Assembly: GCA_000965745.1 (NCBI GenBank)
Contig: CP009479.1
Coordinates: forward strand, 1,312,001-1,376,000
Origin: an uncultured archaeon
GTDB lineage: Archaea; Thermoplasmatota; Thermoplasmata; Thermoplasmatales; Thermoplasmataceae
Direction: 5' to 3'
DNA length: 64,000 bases
Part shown: piece by piece, positions 39,286 to 50,312 of the stretch
Numbering within the stretch: the stretch's first letter is position 1
Layout of the letters: every line of letters begins with the position of its first letter
Notes under the pieces: generated by a model
Databases searched by the model: none
Seen by the model: only the letters and a program-made list of their open reading frames with translations
Told to the model about the DNA's origin: nothing
Program-made: the position numbers and the translations under genes

Positions 39286-40687
39286 GATACTCCTGTTCCT
39301 ACTGCGGACACGGTTCACAGCCCCTTTTCTCATTCTTATTGCGGTTTTCATAACGTATGATACTTTCATATCGCTGACTGTATCAGGAACATCTTCCCAG
39401 TTCTCTTTCCTCCTGGTCTTTTCATTCTTCCTCTTCCTTATGAACATGCTGATATTTTTCGGCACATTCGGGGGGAGCAAATCAGACAGGGATTTTCTGT
39501 TTGCCCTGCCTTTGCCCCGGAAGGAACTAGTTCTTTCCATGTATATTACGAGGTTTCTCTCAATAGGGATAATCTTCGTATTCGTTATTGGTTACATAGT
39601 TCCGGGAATATCCGGAACTCTTTCAGACAAGATTCTCATTATTTTCAATATTGTCCTTGGATCTTTGCTTCTGACAGCCGTTGCAACTGCAGCCACCACT
39701 CTATCCGTCTCAAGGAAGGCGGTTCTTGCACTCGCATTCACTCTATGGGGTGCACTTGCAATACCTTACATAGGGTTCCCGTACTCGTACCTTTCAGCCC
39801 TGAGCGGGCACCTGCTCTACGGAACAGTCCTTATGGTGGCCGTGAGCATTCCCATGAATTTCTTCGCCCTTAGAAGAGTGTACGATGTTGAGCTTGGCAC
39901 AGCAAAGAACACACTGACATCCTCTGCCGAAATGAAGGGGAAGTCAACCAGATTCGGTTCAAGCCCTTCCAGGAGCATATTGAAGTACTACTTCACAAAC
40001 ATCAACATATCCGGGAGGACAAACATGGGAGGAAATGTCACGGTCACTTCCAGGGGTTTCAAGCTCAGGAACGGAATGCTCTTCACTACCATGCTGGCAG
40101 TTGTATACTTTGTGATCGCCTCCAGGTCTGTTCCATCCGGGGGCCTTCCCGTGAACATGGTTATATTCCTGGCTACCGGTTACCTGGGCGTATTTGCCCC
40201 TCTTATACTGAGCATGGGGGTTATCTCCTTTGAACGGGCATGGCTTTCTTTTGTAGCTGTTCCAACCAGCTTCTATATGAGGAACGTGCTCATCAGTAAA
40301 CAGTTCCAGGTTTTTGCCCTCCTTTCACCTTTCACGGCAGCCAGCATTGTAATGCATTTTTACGGGCTCCAGGGCGCATTTAACTCCGCGGTAGTTTCGG
40401 GCATACTGGCACCTGCTTCGGTTTCCATATTTCTGTACCTTTCAACCAAGGTCACAGTGGTGCAGATAAAGGACACTGAGATGATGCCTGCAAGGTACAG
40501 CATAAGGCAGATGCTCCAGATTATGCCTACGCTCCTGCTGTTTGTCCTGGCCTACCTGTCCGCACTTCTTCTGGAAGTGGCAATAGCCTCCTCAGCCATA
40601 GTCCTTGCCATTTCAGCATTGCTGATGTTTAACAGAAAGATGTGGGAAAAATCTGCAAGCAAGCTAACGGAAAGGGGATTTGTTTGA
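39275..40687 (+). CDS. ABC exporter permease (duplicated ABC-2-like)
   Basis: About 12 TM helices; two DFLFALP / WLSFVAVP-type repeats; overlaps the ATPase gene. Confidence 0.78.
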   Translation: MFGKILLFLLRTRFTAPFLILIAVFITYDTFISLTVSGTSSQFSFLLVFSFFLFLMNMLIFFGTFGGSKSDRDFLFALPLPRKELVLSMYITRFLSIGIIFVFVIGYIVPGISGTLSDKILIIFNIVLGSLLLTAVATAATTLSVSRKAVLALAFTLWGALAIPYIGFPYSYLSALSGHLLYGTVLMVAVSIPMNFFALRRVYDVELGTAKNTLTSSAEMKGKSTRFGSSPSRSILKYYFTNINISGRTNMGGNVTVTSRGFKLRNGMLFTTMLAVVYFVIASRSVPSGGLPVNMVIFLATGYLGVFAPLILSMGVISFERAWLSFVAVPTSFYMRNVLISKQFQVFALLSPFTAASIVMHFYGLQGAFNSAVVSGILAPASVSIFLYLSTKVTVVQIKDTEMMPARYSIRQMLQIMPTLLLFVLAYLSALLLEVAIASSAIVLAISALLMFNRKMWEKSASKLTERGFV

Positions 40688-40757
40688 TGCATGAGGTTTC
40701 GCAAGATGCATCTGAACAAGTGATCAACTATTTTTACAGGATACCTATTACTGTCCG

Positions 40758-42044
40758 TTGCTCAAAAACGAACTTGACTTTCTTTACGGCCTTATGAGGG
40801 AGGGCGTAAAGCTTGATCTCAGCATCATGGGTTTATTCTCGGAACTAGTAGGCCACCCTGAGCTGGAATTCAACTCCTTCCACGTTGCAGGCACAAACGG
40901 CAAGGGATCAACAGCATCATTTATCTACAACATCTTGAGGCAGAAATACAGGACGGGCCTTTACACTTCCCCGCACCTCGTCAAATTCAACGAAAGAATA
41001 ATCTTCGGTCTTGACCAGATAGACGACGAGTACATCGGCAACTTCATAAGCAAATACAGAAAAACTATTCTCGATCTTGCCGGAACCAACAGGAACCCGA
41101 CATTCTTTGAAACCACTACCCTTCTGGCTTTCAAATACTTCGCAGACATGAAAGCTGAATACGCTGCTGTCGAAGTGGGCCTTGGCGGGCGGCTCGATTC
41201 TACAAATATCATAACTCCTGAAATAAGCATCATAACCCAGATAGGCTACGAACATGCGGACAAGCTCGGATGCTCACTTACTGCCATAGCCACCGAAAAG
41301 GCCGGAATAATCAAGAAAGGGATACCTGTGGTGCTCTCCGACGAAAAGCCCGAAGTCCTCAAGACTATAAAATCAATAGCAGAGGCCAGGGGTTCTGAAT
41401 TGTTTCTCGCTCCTGCTGAAAGCAAAGTCAAAAAATTAAGCATCACGGAAGAGGGAACGAGGTTTACGCTTGTGACTGATAACGACAAATACGAAATCGA
41501 GACCACGATTCTGGGAGATTTCCAGGTGCGCAATATTGCCACTGCGGTAGTAGCCCTTGAACACAGCAATGCTGAATCACTGACAGCGAAAGACGTGGAG
41601 AAGGGCATACACGAATCAAGATGGCCTGCAAGGGTCGAAGTAATAAAATCCAGCCCCAAGGTCGTGATCGATTCTGCACACAACCCCCCTGCGGCATTCT
41701 CACTCGTGAAGACATTCAGAAAAGTCTTCAGGAAGAAGCCTCTTCTCGTCGTGGGGATGCTTTCGGACAAGGATGCTTATTCCTACCTTTCGGTCCTGAA
41801 ACAGCTATCTGACAAGATAGTGTTTACCTCACCCAGGGAGGAGCACAGGGCAATGGACCCCGAAAAGATGAACCGGCTCTATGGCGGGATGTTCCGGAAC
41901 TCGCTTGTAGTGAAAGACCCGGTTGAAGCATACGAATATGCCCTTGGAAAATCAGGTCTTATACTGGTCACAGGCTCCATGTACCTGGTTGGGCTTATAA
42001 AAGGATATGAGAATGGAGAGGTCATGCCGTATGATCTTAATTAA
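40758..42044 (+). CDS. folC: Folylpolyglutamate/dihydrofolate synthase
   Basis: HVAGTNGKGST, YTSPHL, EVGLGGRLDSTN, DSAHN, TGSMY. Confidence 0.93.
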   Translation: MLKNELDFLYGLMREGVKLDLSIMGLFSELVGHPELEFNSFHVAGTNGKGSTASFIYNILRQKYRTGLYTSPHLVKFNERIIFGLDQIDDEYIGNFISKYRKTILDLAGTNRNPTFFETTTLLAFKYFADMKAEYAAVEVGLGGRLDSTNIITPEISIITQIGYEHADKLGCSLTAIATEKAGIIKKGIPVVLSDEKPEVLKTIKSIAEARGSELFLAPAESKVKKLSITEEGTRFTLVTDNDKYEIETTILGDFQVRNIATAVVALEHSNAESLTAKDVEKGIHESRWPARVEVIKSSPKVVIDSAHNPPAAFSLVKTFRKVFRKKPLLVVGMLSDKDAYSYLSVLKQLSDKIVFTSPREEHRAMDPEKMNRLYGGMFRNSLVVKDPVEAYEYALGKSGLILVTGSMYLVGLIKGYENGEVMPYDLN

Positions 42045-42127
42045 TTTCTGGTAACATTCATGGTTAGAAACGTGGTGTAAAAACTCTTTTGTACTTTCCA
42101 AGATTATGCTATTTTTGCTGATGATTC

Positions 42128-43450
42128 ATGGATAATCCTTTCTTTAAATATGCAGGAAAAAAGAACTTTCTCGTGGGCGATTTGTCCACGCTCGGCGGCT
42201 CATTTCAGCCGGAGTCGCTACCCCATCGGGAAAGTCAGATAGAGTTAATGGCCAATACACTGAGCAGTGTTATTAGGGGCACAAGGCCCTCCAATATACT
42301 GCTGTACGGGAAGACAGGATCTGGAAAAACATCAGTGGCAACCCATGTTACAAAGATGCTAAGGGAAGCGACAGATGACGGAGTCAAGGTATATTATGTA
42401 AACTGCCAGATTTACGATTCGCCCTATTCAATCATGGTTTCGCTGGTGAATATGCTTGCTCCTAACCAGGAGAATGAAATACCTCCGCTGGGATGGCCGC
42501 AGGACAGGATATATCTGGAACTCGTACGGAGAATCAACCGAATGGGAAAGTATGTTATCCTCATACTTGATGAAATTGACAAGCTTATTAAGAAGAATGG
42601 TGGCGACTCGCTTTATGTTCTCCTTAAGCTGCTGGACGACTCTGCAGGCTCAAGGACTTCCATAATAGGCATAACAAATGACACTAGCTTCATGGACGGT
42701 CTTGATGCAAGAGTTCGCAGCAGGCTGAACCAGGAGAGTGTGCTTTTTCCACCTTACAATGCCTCCGAATTGAGGGACATTCTAGTATACAGGCTTGCGG
42801 ATATAGTAAAACAGGGGTCGGTCGAGGAAGCAGCCATAAATCTTTGCGCTGCTATTGGGGCTCAGGAGCATGGTGACGCGAGGAAAGCCATAGATCTTAT
42901 GAGAATATCTATTGAGATGGCAATAAGGGCAGATAACCCCGCAGTTACAGAGGATGAGGTAGTGAAGGCAAGGGGAAAATTCGAGATGGATGTTATGAGA
43001 GAAGCGGTGACAACACTGCCCCTTCAGTCAAAGGTTCTTCTGTTGAGTGCGGTGATAACTCAGGAGCTTGACAATTCTCAGATGGTTACAGGGGAGATAT
43101 ATGAGAATTACAAGAGCATATGCAACGAGCTTGGATTCATGCCTTTAAGCACGAGGAGGATAAGCGATATCCTGTCAGAACTGGAGGACTTCGGCCTACT
43201 TACGGCCAAGACAAAGAGCATGGGAAGGTATGGAAGAACACGTTGGATCAGGGTTATTGGGGATTACAAGTCGATAAAGAGCCACCTTCTTGAGGATGAT
43301 CATCTGTCTACTTTCAGCGGAGGGGGCTTGATGAGGCAGACTAGAATCTCCAGCGCATCCGACGAGAAGGATGAATGGGGTTATATGAAAGCAACTGACA
43401 TTGGGGACAAACTTAGTGATCTAGCCAATTCTACGCTTGCAAATGACTGA
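42128..43450 (+). CDS. cdc6: Orc1/Cdc6 replication initiation protein
   Basis: LPHRE, GKTGSGKT, LDEID, FPPYN, GDARKAIDL, winged-helix GRYGRT. Confidence 0.93.
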   Translation: MDNPFFKYAGKKNFLVGDLSTLGGSFQPESLPHRESQIELMANTLSSVIRGTRPSNILLYGKTGSGKTSVATHVTKMLREATDDGVKVYYVNCQIYDSPYSIMVSLVNMLAPNQENEIPPLGWPQDRIYLELVRRINRMGKYVILILDEIDKLIKKNGGDSLYVLLKLLDDSAGSRTSIIGITNDTSFMDGLDARVRSRLNQESVLFPPYNASELRDILVYRLADIVKQGSVEEAAINLCAAIGAQEHGDARKAIDLMRISIEMAIRADNPAVTEDEVVKARGKFEMDVMREAVTTLPLQSKVLLLSAVITQELDNSQMVTGEIYENYKSICNELGFMPLSTRRISDILSELEDFGLLTAKTKSMGRYGRTRWIRVIGDYKSIKSHLLEDDHLSTFSGGGLMRQTRISSASDEKDEWGYMKATDIGDKLSDLANSTLAND

Positions 43451-43489
43451 ATTCTACCTCTGAAAAGGAAGGGATGTATATGTGCGCCC

Positions 43490-44122
43490 TCAAACTTTTC
43501 TGAATATGTAGCACATGTCGTCGGCAATATGGTAGAGGTTGAGCCCGTATTTCTTGCAGAAGTCGTACGGCGCATCACTCCAGTTGAAATTGTCAATAAT
43601 TATGAGGAATCTTTCAGATGCGTGCCCCATGAAGGTTTCCAGCTCAAACTCGACGTGCTGGTACGTATGGTCAGAATCATGAAAGAACATATCTACAGGT
43701 GACAGCCTTCCTATCTCTTCCGGGAGAGTCTTGGATGAGTCGCCAAGGATCAACTCCCATTTTTCACGCAGCTCGTTCGGTACTAACGCTCCCACAGGTA
43801 TCGGCTCATCTTCACCGAATTTCACTCCGAGGTCAAAACTGACAAGCCGCCCCTCCGTACCCTTCATAGCGCTGAGTATAGCCGTTGCTGTTGTTCCTGG
43901 CCCAACTCCGGTCTCAACCATGACCCTGGGGTGCATCAGCTTTACTGCCGCATACATGGACCTCAATTCATCATATGATACCTGCCAGTAGTTCTTGCCT
44001 CCAACCCTTGAATCCACGTAATCAACAACAGATTGGGCTTCCGATTCCAGCTCATGGAATCCCTGCTCATCCGTTCCAAGAAATTTAAGGAAATTATCTC
44101 TTTCCGAGGTCCTGTTTGTCAA
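43490..44122 (-). CDS. Class I SAM-dependent methyltransferase (Methyltransf_24-like)
   Basis: VETGVGPG, SFD, GDS, DMFFHDSDH.Y, IIDN. Confidence 0.85.
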   Translation of the reverse strand: MTNRTSERDNFLKFLGTDEQGFHELESEAQSVVDYVDSRVGGKNYWQVSYDELRSMYAAVKLMHPRVMVETGVGPGTTATAILSAMKGTEGRLVSFDLGVKFGEDEPIPVGALVPNELREKWELILGDSSKTLPEEIGRLSPVDMFFHDSDHTYQHVEFELETFMGHASERFLIIIDNFNWSDAPYDFCKKYGLNLYHIADDMCYIFRKV

Positions 44123-44804
44123 TTTTTATCACTTCTTCAACTTCGGGGACTATCACATTTACCTGGTGTTTTTCCTCGGTTTCCTTCTTGAATTTCTGCG
44201 GGTCTGCCTTTATCAGATCGAAGGTATTGTAGTGCATTGGTATAAAGTATGGCGATTTCAGGAGCCCGGCGGCATAGGTAGCTTCGTATTCGCTCATCGT
44301 ATAGAATCCCCCTATCGGGAGGAGGGAGATGTCAGGCTTGTACAGGTCAGATATTATGCTCATGTCGCCGAAAACCCCTGTATCTCCGGCGTGGTATACC
44401 GTAATGCCGCTGCTTATCACCATTCCGGCTGGATTCCCTGCATACTTTCCATCGAGGCTCGAAGAATGAAGGGCAGGAACAGCAGTTACTCTTATGCCGT
44501 CAACCTCAGTGGACCCACTGTAGTTGATCGCCCTTATGTCCAGATGTTTATTTTCAGAATTGAGCATCCATCCAAGTTCAACAAAAGTCACTATCGGAGC
44601 CTTATTTTTGCTTGCGATCTCAACAGCGTCACCAAGATGGTCCGAGTGGCCATGTGTAACAACGACAAGGTCTGCCTTGATATCATCTTTCTTTATCTTT
44701 GCCATAGGATTGCCTTCGATGAAGGGATCGACGACAACTTTCTTTCCGAAATCCAGCGTAAAACAAGCGTGTCCATGCCAGGTTATTTCAACTTTATCGG
44801 CCAT
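44094..44804 (-). CDS. Metallo-beta-lactamase-fold hydrolase (UPF0173-like)
   Basis: WHGHAC, DPF, THGHSDH, HAGDT, LPIGG, PMHYNTF. Confidence 0.9.
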   Translation of the reverse strand: MADKVEITWHGHACFTLDFGKKVVVDPFIEGNPMAKIKKDDIKADLVVVTHGHSDHLGDAVEIASKNKAPIVTFVELGWMLNSENKHLDIRAINYSGSTEVDGIRVTAVPALHSSSLDGKYAGNPAGMVISSGITVYHAGDTGVFGDMSIISDLYKPDISLLPIGGFYTMSEYEATYAAGLLKSPYFIPMHYNTFDLIKADPQKFKKETEEKHQVNVIVPEVEEVIKIDKQDLGKR

Positions 44805-44965
44805 ATTTTAGAAATATACGATTATATTTATTTATTGTTGCTAAACCGTGCGTCTGGTGCACACCGTCTCTTTCTTCATGGACAAGACGGAACTCGCGGA
44901 AAAGTAATAAGGCCATGGCCTGGGAAATGAGCATAGGTATATTATAATCGTAATAATGGCGGGTT

Positions 44966-45151
44966 ATGCCAACAATAGAAATTACAGCCAGGCAGATGGA
45001 TGATGAGCAGAAACGCAATATCGCAAAGGGATTCGCTAAAGTCCTGATCGACAATGGAGTTCCAGAGAAGTCCATTACCATTCTGTTCAGACATATATCT
45101 GACAAAGATATAGCAAAAGGGTCCGGGGCATTCCCGTATTGGGAAGAGTAA
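44966..45151 (+). CDS. 4-oxalocrotonate tautomerase family protein
   Basis: 61 aa, catalytic Pro-1 (MPTIEI), EQKR...VP...I.I.F pattern. Confidence 0.85.
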   Translation: MPTIEITARQMDDEQKRNIAKGFAKVLIDNGVPEKSITILFRHISDKDIAKGSGAFPYWEE

Positions 45152-45247
45152 CTCTTAACAGCCCTTCTTTGAACTTTCTATTTTATTTTGGTTTTTCTAA
45201 GTTATGTAGAAAGATAACTAAAAATTTTAGCTGGCCATTAACCCATC

Positions 45248-45832
45248 GTGAATGAGATCTTTGTGGCACTTTCCGGAATAGTACTGGGGGTCTCCTTGGC
45301 TGGTCCACCTGGCCCGGTAACTGCCATTATGGTGAGGAGATCTGCCGATAGTATCCTCAAAGGGGTTTACGTGGGGTTTGGCGCCATGTCTGCGGATCTT
45401 GTTCTCATGCTTCTTACCTTCTTCTTCCGTTCCAGGGTAGATCTTTCCGCTTACGATCCGTACATTTTCCTCCTGGGCTCTTTCTTCTTTATCCTGATCG
45501 CAGCATTCATCGCCAGGTCTAAGGACAACTCTTCCACCAGAAAATACAATTCGGGATATCTTGCAGGGTTGAGTGTAGGGCTCATAAACCCGATGCAGAT
45601 AGGATGGTGGCTTACCGCTGGACTAGGTTTTTATACGCAGTTCGGGCTTCTTCCCTTCTACTTCCTCTTTGTTGGAATAGTATTCTGGATACTCTTTCTA
45701 TCAATACTTGTGAACAGATTTTCAAACAGGTACGGAAGATATGTGAACATTGGCATAAAAATATTCAGCGTTTCAGCCTTGAGCATATTTGGAGTATATT
45801 TTGGATACCTTGGAACAATGGCCTTTATTTGA
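45248..45832 (+). CDS. LysE/RhtB family translocator
   Basis: LAGPPGPV, G...AD, G....LINP...WW. Confidence 0.88.
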   Translation: MNEIFVALSGIVLGVSLAGPPGPVTAIMVRRSADSILKGVYVGFGAMSADLVLMLLTFFFRSRVDLSAYDPYIFLLGSFFFILIAAFIARSKDNSSTRKYNSGYLAGLSVGLINPMQIGWWLTAGLGFYTQFGLLPFYFLFVGIVFWILFLSILVNRFSNRYGRYVNIGIKIFSVSALSIFGVYFGYLGTMAFI

Positions 45833-45860
45833 ATCAAAATAAAAAAAAGAATTAAAGAGT

Positions 45861-46787
45861 TTACTGTATCACTCTGTCCCTGAAAGTTTCAACCGGGTCG
45901 ACAAGTGTTTTTCCATCAGGGCTGGCAATCACCTGGCTTGACGGAGGGTTGGAAAAGTATTCAGGGAGGTTCTTCTCAAGCCTCTTTGTAAATGGCGGGA
46001 CCGTCCTGTTGTCAAAGAAAACTCCGGTTGGTATCTTTTCGTCCCATTCCAGTCCCTTGTTGTAGGCTTTGGTGAATTTCTCCTGAAGGGATGAAACATT
46101 GTCCTCGGTAACTATCGGGTCCCATGAATCCTCATCTTCCAGCTTATAGACCCTGTTCCTGTACCAGTCCATCGTGTTGATGTTGTTGTATGTCGGACAT
46201 GGCTGAAGTACGTCTATGAGTGCAGAACCTTCATGCTGCATCCCTTTTTTTATTATCTCTTTCAACTGTTTGATGTCCGAGGTGAAACCTCTTGCTACAA
46301 AGGTATACCCTGATGTCAGCGCGAGTGCAATTGGATTCACCTTGCTGAACATGTTCGGCCTGGGAAGGCTTTTTGTCTGCTCACCAAGTGCAAGTGTCGG
46401 AGCAGCCTGTCCCTTCGTAAGGCCGTAAACTGCATTGTCATAAAGAATCACAGTTAGCCCCGTGTTTCTTCTTCCTTCGGCAACAAAGTGCCCGGCCCCT
46501 ATGCTCATAAGGTCTCCGTCCCCTCCTGTCACAAGGACATTCAGGTTGGGGTTGGCAAGCTTAACACCAGTAGCATAAGGTATGGCCCTTCCGTGAAGTG
46601 TGTGGACACCCGCAATATTCAGGTAGTGGGGGGTCTTTCCTGAGCACCCTATACCGGATACTGCGATTACATCGTTAGGATCCAGGTTCAATTCTCCAAG
46701 CGCCTGCGTAAGGGCACTTACTATTCCAAAGTCCCCGCAGCCAGGGCACCAGTCTATAGCTACGTCATTTCTATAATTATGCGCCAT
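45861..46787 (-). CDS. korB: 2-oxoacid:ferredoxin oxidoreductase beta subunit
   Basis: WCPGCGD, SGIGCS, HGRA, GDGD TPP motif, YGLTKGQ, QPCPTYN. Confidence 0.92.
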   Translation of the reverse strand: MAHNYRNDVAIDWCPGCGDFGIVSALTQALGELNLDPNDVIAVSGIGCSGKTPHYLNIAGVHTLHGRAIPYATGVKLANPNLNVLVTGGDGDLMSIGAGHFVAEGRRNTGLTVILYDNAVYGLTKGQAAPTLALGEQTKSLPRPNMFSKVNPIALALTSGYTFVARGFTSDIKQLKEIIKKGMQHEGSALIDVLQPCPTYNNINTMDWYRNRVYKLEDEDSWDPIVTEDNVSSLQEKFTKAYNKGLEWDEKIPTGVFFDNRTVPPFTKRLEKNLPEYFSNPPSSQVIASPDGKTLVDPVETFRDRVIQ

Positions 46788-48675
46788 TTTGCAACACCAC
46801 CATATGTTCTTTTGCTCCAATCAGGTTCTTTACAGCCCTCAGGATCTCATCCTCAGTCATGTGCCTTCCGTTATACTTCAGTATGCTGTCTTTTATCTCA
46901 AATCCAGTGTGCTGTTCTATAACTCTTGAAGCCTGGCCAAGCATGTTGCTCTCCACATTCACTACTCTCCTTGCCTTTGTCAGGACATCTCTAACGAAGT
47001 TTGTCGGGAATGGCTCAAACATCTTGAGGTAAAGCAGGTTTGCTTTGATCCCTTCTTCTGCAAGATCATCAATCACGTCGAGTATGGGCCCTTTTTGGCT
47101 TCCCCAGGTAACAAATGTTACATCTGCATCTTTAGATCCAAGTAGCTCCACCCTTTCTTCAAGGGGAATCTCCTTCTCGGCAGTCTTTATTTTCTTGAAA
47201 CGCTTCTCCATCATCCGGTCACGAATCTCAGTATCCTCAGTGACATGGCCTTGCTCGTCGTGCTCGTCCCCGGTCATCCAGAAAATGTTCTTCCCGAAAA
47301 CGCCCATTGGAGAGACTCCGTCCTCATTGTCAAGCGAATATCTCTTGAAATCCGCGTTCTCTTCGACTCTTACGCCGTTCTGGACACCCACTTTGTCAAC
47401 ATCAATATTCGGAACCATGTCAAGGGTATTTGCCAGGTTCTTGTCAATGAGGTGAATTACTGGAAGCTGGTATCTCTGTGCGTAGTTCAGTGCCTTGATG
47501 GCATCATAGACGCACTCTTCCACATCGCCGGACGAAAGCACTATTCTTGGGAATTCACCGTGGCCTGTGTTGAGGGCAAAGAGAAGATCCGACTGGCCAT
47601 TCCTTGTGGGAAGTCCTGTGCTGGGACCTCCTCTCTGGTAAAGTGTAACAACAAGAGGGACTTCATCCATTCCCGCAAAGGAAATTGCCTCCGCCATGAG
47701 TGAAAAGCCAGGCCCGGATGTGGCCGTTGAGCTCCTGACGCCTGTCAGGGCTGCCCCAATTGCCATTGTAATCGCTGCAAGCTCATCCTCGGTTTGAACT
47801 ACAACTATTCCTCCCTTGGCCAGCTTAGAATGCTCCTCGGACAGCCACTTTATGTTTTCGTGCTCTTCAATGATGGTGCTTTCATCACTTGCGGGAGTAA
47901 TAGGATAGTATGTCTGGAACCTGAGTCCCCCCATTATCTTGCCTATTGCAGAACCATCATTTCCCGTTATCAGAAGTCTTTCCTTCGACTCCCTCTTTTC
48001 GAGATGTATTCCGTTTAACTTGTTCTCTTCCACAAATTCGTAGGCTGCGCCCACTACATCAATGTTCGATGGGACGACCTTCTCCTTCGACGCAAAAATA
48101 ATCCTTATGGCTTTTTCAGCGAATTCCCGGTCAATGCCGGAGATTGCAAGTGTGATTGCCGACCCAAGGGTATTGTAGTACCTGGAAGGCGTCCCTTCCT
48201 TCACCACTGAAGTCACAATCTTGCTGAAAGGTATCGCAATTGGGATCCCGCCCCTATCCTTCATGTACTTGATTGAACCTGTAACATCGGGTGAATAGCC
48301 GTTTGCTTCAAGTGTCTTTCTTATCCTTCCCGCTGTGTCGTTTGTAATCATCCTGGCCTTTGAAAGCTCAGAGCCTTCGAAGCTGGAGTCGTAGATGATC
48401 TTTGTATTTTCACCGACATCCTCTATATGCTCGAAAATGGTGTCGGAATCGAGTGCGACAAGAACATCAAGAGGATATCTAAGGGATCTCGGCCTTTCTT
48501 GCTTTACCCTCATGTGGGTATAGCTGTGCCTTCCCTTGATATTTGAATGGTATTCTCTTACACTGAAAACGTTATAGCCAGCATAGGCGAAAGCCCTGCT
48601 TACCATGTTAGAGGAGGTATCTATACCCCCACCTTGAGGTCCCCCGATCGTGAGACTAATGTCTACTTTTGACAT
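46777..48675 (-). CDS. korA: 2-oxoacid:ferredoxin oxidoreductase alpha subunit (gamma-alpha fusion)
   Basis: GGPQGGG, YPITP, EDE, TSGPG, RGGPSTGLPT. Confidence 0.92.
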   Translation of the reverse strand: MSKVDISLTIGGPQGGGIDTSSNMVSRAFAYAGYNVFSVREYHSNIKGRHSYTHMRVKQERPRSLRYPLDVLVALDSDTIFEHIEDVGENTKIIYDSSFEGSELSKARMITNDTAGRIRKTLEANGYSPDVTGSIKYMKDRGGIPIAIPFSKIVTSVVKEGTPSRYYNTLGSAITLAISGIDREFAEKAIRIIFASKEKVVPSNIDVVGAAYEFVEENKLNGIHLEKRESKERLLITGNDGSAIGKIMGGLRFQTYYPITPASDESTIIEEHENIKWLSEEHSKLAKGGIVVVQTEDELAAITMAIGAALTGVRSSTATSGPGFSLMAEAISFAGMDEVPLVVTLYQRGGPSTGLPTRNGQSDLLFALNTGHGEFPRIVLSSGDVEECVYDAIKALNYAQRYQLPVIHLIDKNLANTLDMVPNIDVDKVGVQNGVRVEENADFKRYSLDNEDGVSPMGVFGKNIFWMTGDEHDEQGHVTEDTEIRDRMMEKRFKKIKTAEKEIPLEERVELLGSKDADVTFVTWGSQKGPILDVIDDLAEEGIKANLLYLKMFEPFPTNFVRDVLTKARRVVNVESNMLGQASRVIEQHTGFEIKDSILKYNGRHMTEDEILRAVKNLIGAKEHMVVLQNGA

Positions 48676-48968
48676 ATGTTTCACGTTATTTCTTACTAAT
48701 TAAAAAACTTTTTAGAACTTCATTTTTCGCAGAGTCTGTGTTTTACAAAACTGTCGGGTGATGACATTTTTTTAAACTCCTTTGTTCAAATTATCCGGAA
48801 ACTATCAACAATCTACGAAAACCGAATGTGAAACCATAGTTTTTAGGGGACTGGATGTAGTAGCGTATTTATGTATCTTACTAATAACCCGTAGCGTAAA
48901 ATCCGGACGCGTACACCTCCATAGATCGATGGGGCGCATGTTGCAGGGATTTGAGTGGTGAATAAGAA

Positions 48969-49502
48969 ATGATGGTAGTTACAGGAATGCCTGGTGCAGG
49001 AAAGGACGAGTTTATAAAAGTAGCCAACGCACTGGGGATCAGAGATGTCCACATGGGCAATTCTGTTAGAAAATTTGCCGAGCAAAGCGGTGTCGTTTCG
49101 AACGATAACGGCATCGGAAAATTCGCTACAGATGAGCGAAACAGGTACGGTATGGACATCTGGGCAAAAAGAACTGCAGCGAATATTGAAGACCCTGTGA
49201 ACACGATAGTGGACGGTCTCAGAAACTATGAGGAACTGGAATTCTTCAAGAATGAATATAAGGACCTCAAGGTCATAGCTATCTTTGCAAACAGAGATAA
49301 CAGGCTTACAAGGATATTGAAGAGGGGAAGGGAGGATGACATCAGAAACATGTCTGAACTGATCCGCAGGGACGAGCGCGAACTCTCATGGGGGATCGGC
49401 AACGTCATCGCCCTCGCTGACTTCATGATGTTAAATGACTGTTCCCTTGAGAATTTCAGGTCCAGGGCTGAAGAATTCATTAAAAAGAAGATATTAAAGT
49501 AA
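48969..49502 (+). CDS. P-loop nucleotide kinase (UPF0200/dephospho-CoA kinase-like)
   Basis: VTGMPGAGK, MG, DGLRN.EE, RGREDD, RDEREL.WG. Confidence 0.85.
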   Translation: MMVVTGMPGAGKDEFIKVANALGIRDVHMGNSVRKFAEQSGVVSNDNGIGKFATDERNRYGMDIWAKRTAANIEDPVNTIVDGLRNYEELEFFKNEYKDLKVIAIFANRDNRLTRILKRGREDDIRNMSELIRRDERELSWGIGNVIALADFMMLNDCSLENFRSRAEEFIKKKILK

Positions 49503-49505
49503 GGA

Positions 49506-50312
49506 TCATTTTGCAGTTATGATTCTGCTCATATAATTTACTAAGGAGTCGTAGAAGATTTTTCCGGTCCCGTACTCATTATCCCTTTCTGTACCAATCA
49601 TCTGGTATCCATAATACACCCTTTCCGGATGTGGCATGAGGCCGATGACATTTCCGGCTGTGTTGGTTATCGAGGCGATTGACTGAACGGAACCGTTGGG
49701 GTTCCAGGGGTATTCGTCAGAAGTACCGTCTTTATTCGTATATTTGAATAGAATCTGATCATTTTCTATCATGCGTGGAAGGTTATTTTCCTCATCCTTT
49801 ATGACAACTCTTCCCTCTGCATGTGCGACAGGTACCTGATACGGCCTGCCTTCTTCGAATTTTTCAGAGAATATTTTGTTTGATCCCACCCTCTTCATGT
49901 AGGTAAAGCGGCATTCAAACCGGTTTGATCTATTGAAAGTCAAGGTGACAGTTTTCTTCCAGTCTCCATCAAGATCGGGCAGCATACCTGTCTCGGCAAG
50001 AACCTGAAACCCGTTGCATACTCCTATCAGAGGTTTTTCTTCCTCGATAAATCTGCGCAAACCTTCTCTGGATGAATCCATGAGCCTGGCGGCAAAAATT
50101 GCACCGCCTCTCACGTAATCTCCAGCAGAAAATCCGCCAGGTATTATGGCTCCATCAAAATCATCGAACGATATTGTTCCTCTGCTGAGGTCATTGATAT
50201 GGACATATTCCGGTGAAGCACCGCTTCTTTTGAATGACAGGAGGGCCTCTTCCTCGTTGTTGGTACCCTCCATCCTAATTACGGCAACTTTTGGAGAATA
50301 TGCGCTATCCGT
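49506..50312 (-). CDS. purQ: Phosphoribosylformylglycinamidine synthase glutaminase subunit PurQ
   Basis: PGGFS.GD, GVCNGFQ, PVAHAEG, NPNGS, MPHPER; conserved PKVAVIR lies upstream of the first ATG (50273), so the start is placed at ACG 50312 (start uncertain). Confidence 0.9.
   Translation of the reverse strand, partial: TDSAYSPKVAVIRMEGTNNEEEALLSFKRSGASPEYVHINDLSRGTISFDDFDGAIIPGGFSAGDYVRGGAIFAARLMDSSREGLRRFIEEEKPLIGVCNGFQVLAETGMLPDLDGDWKKTVTLTFNRSNRFECRFTYMKRVGSNKIFSEKFEEGRPYQVPVAHAEGRVVIKDEENNLPRMIENDQILFKYTNKDGTSDEYPWNPNGSVQSIASITNTAGNVIGLMPHPERVYYGYQMIGTERDNEYGTGKIFYDSLVNYMSRIITAK

Noticed and set aside
42045-42127. Replication origin (ORB elements) next to cdc6
   Set aside because: The upstream spacer is only ~80 nt and the downstream ~40 nt; no TTCCAxTGGAAA/G-string ORB repeats seen
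44166-44930. 254-aa plus-strand ORF, and similar long antisense ORFs at 38872-39540, 31487-32068 and 16736-17314
   Set aside because: Fully antisense to well-supported genes, no recognisable motifs; expected shadow ORFs
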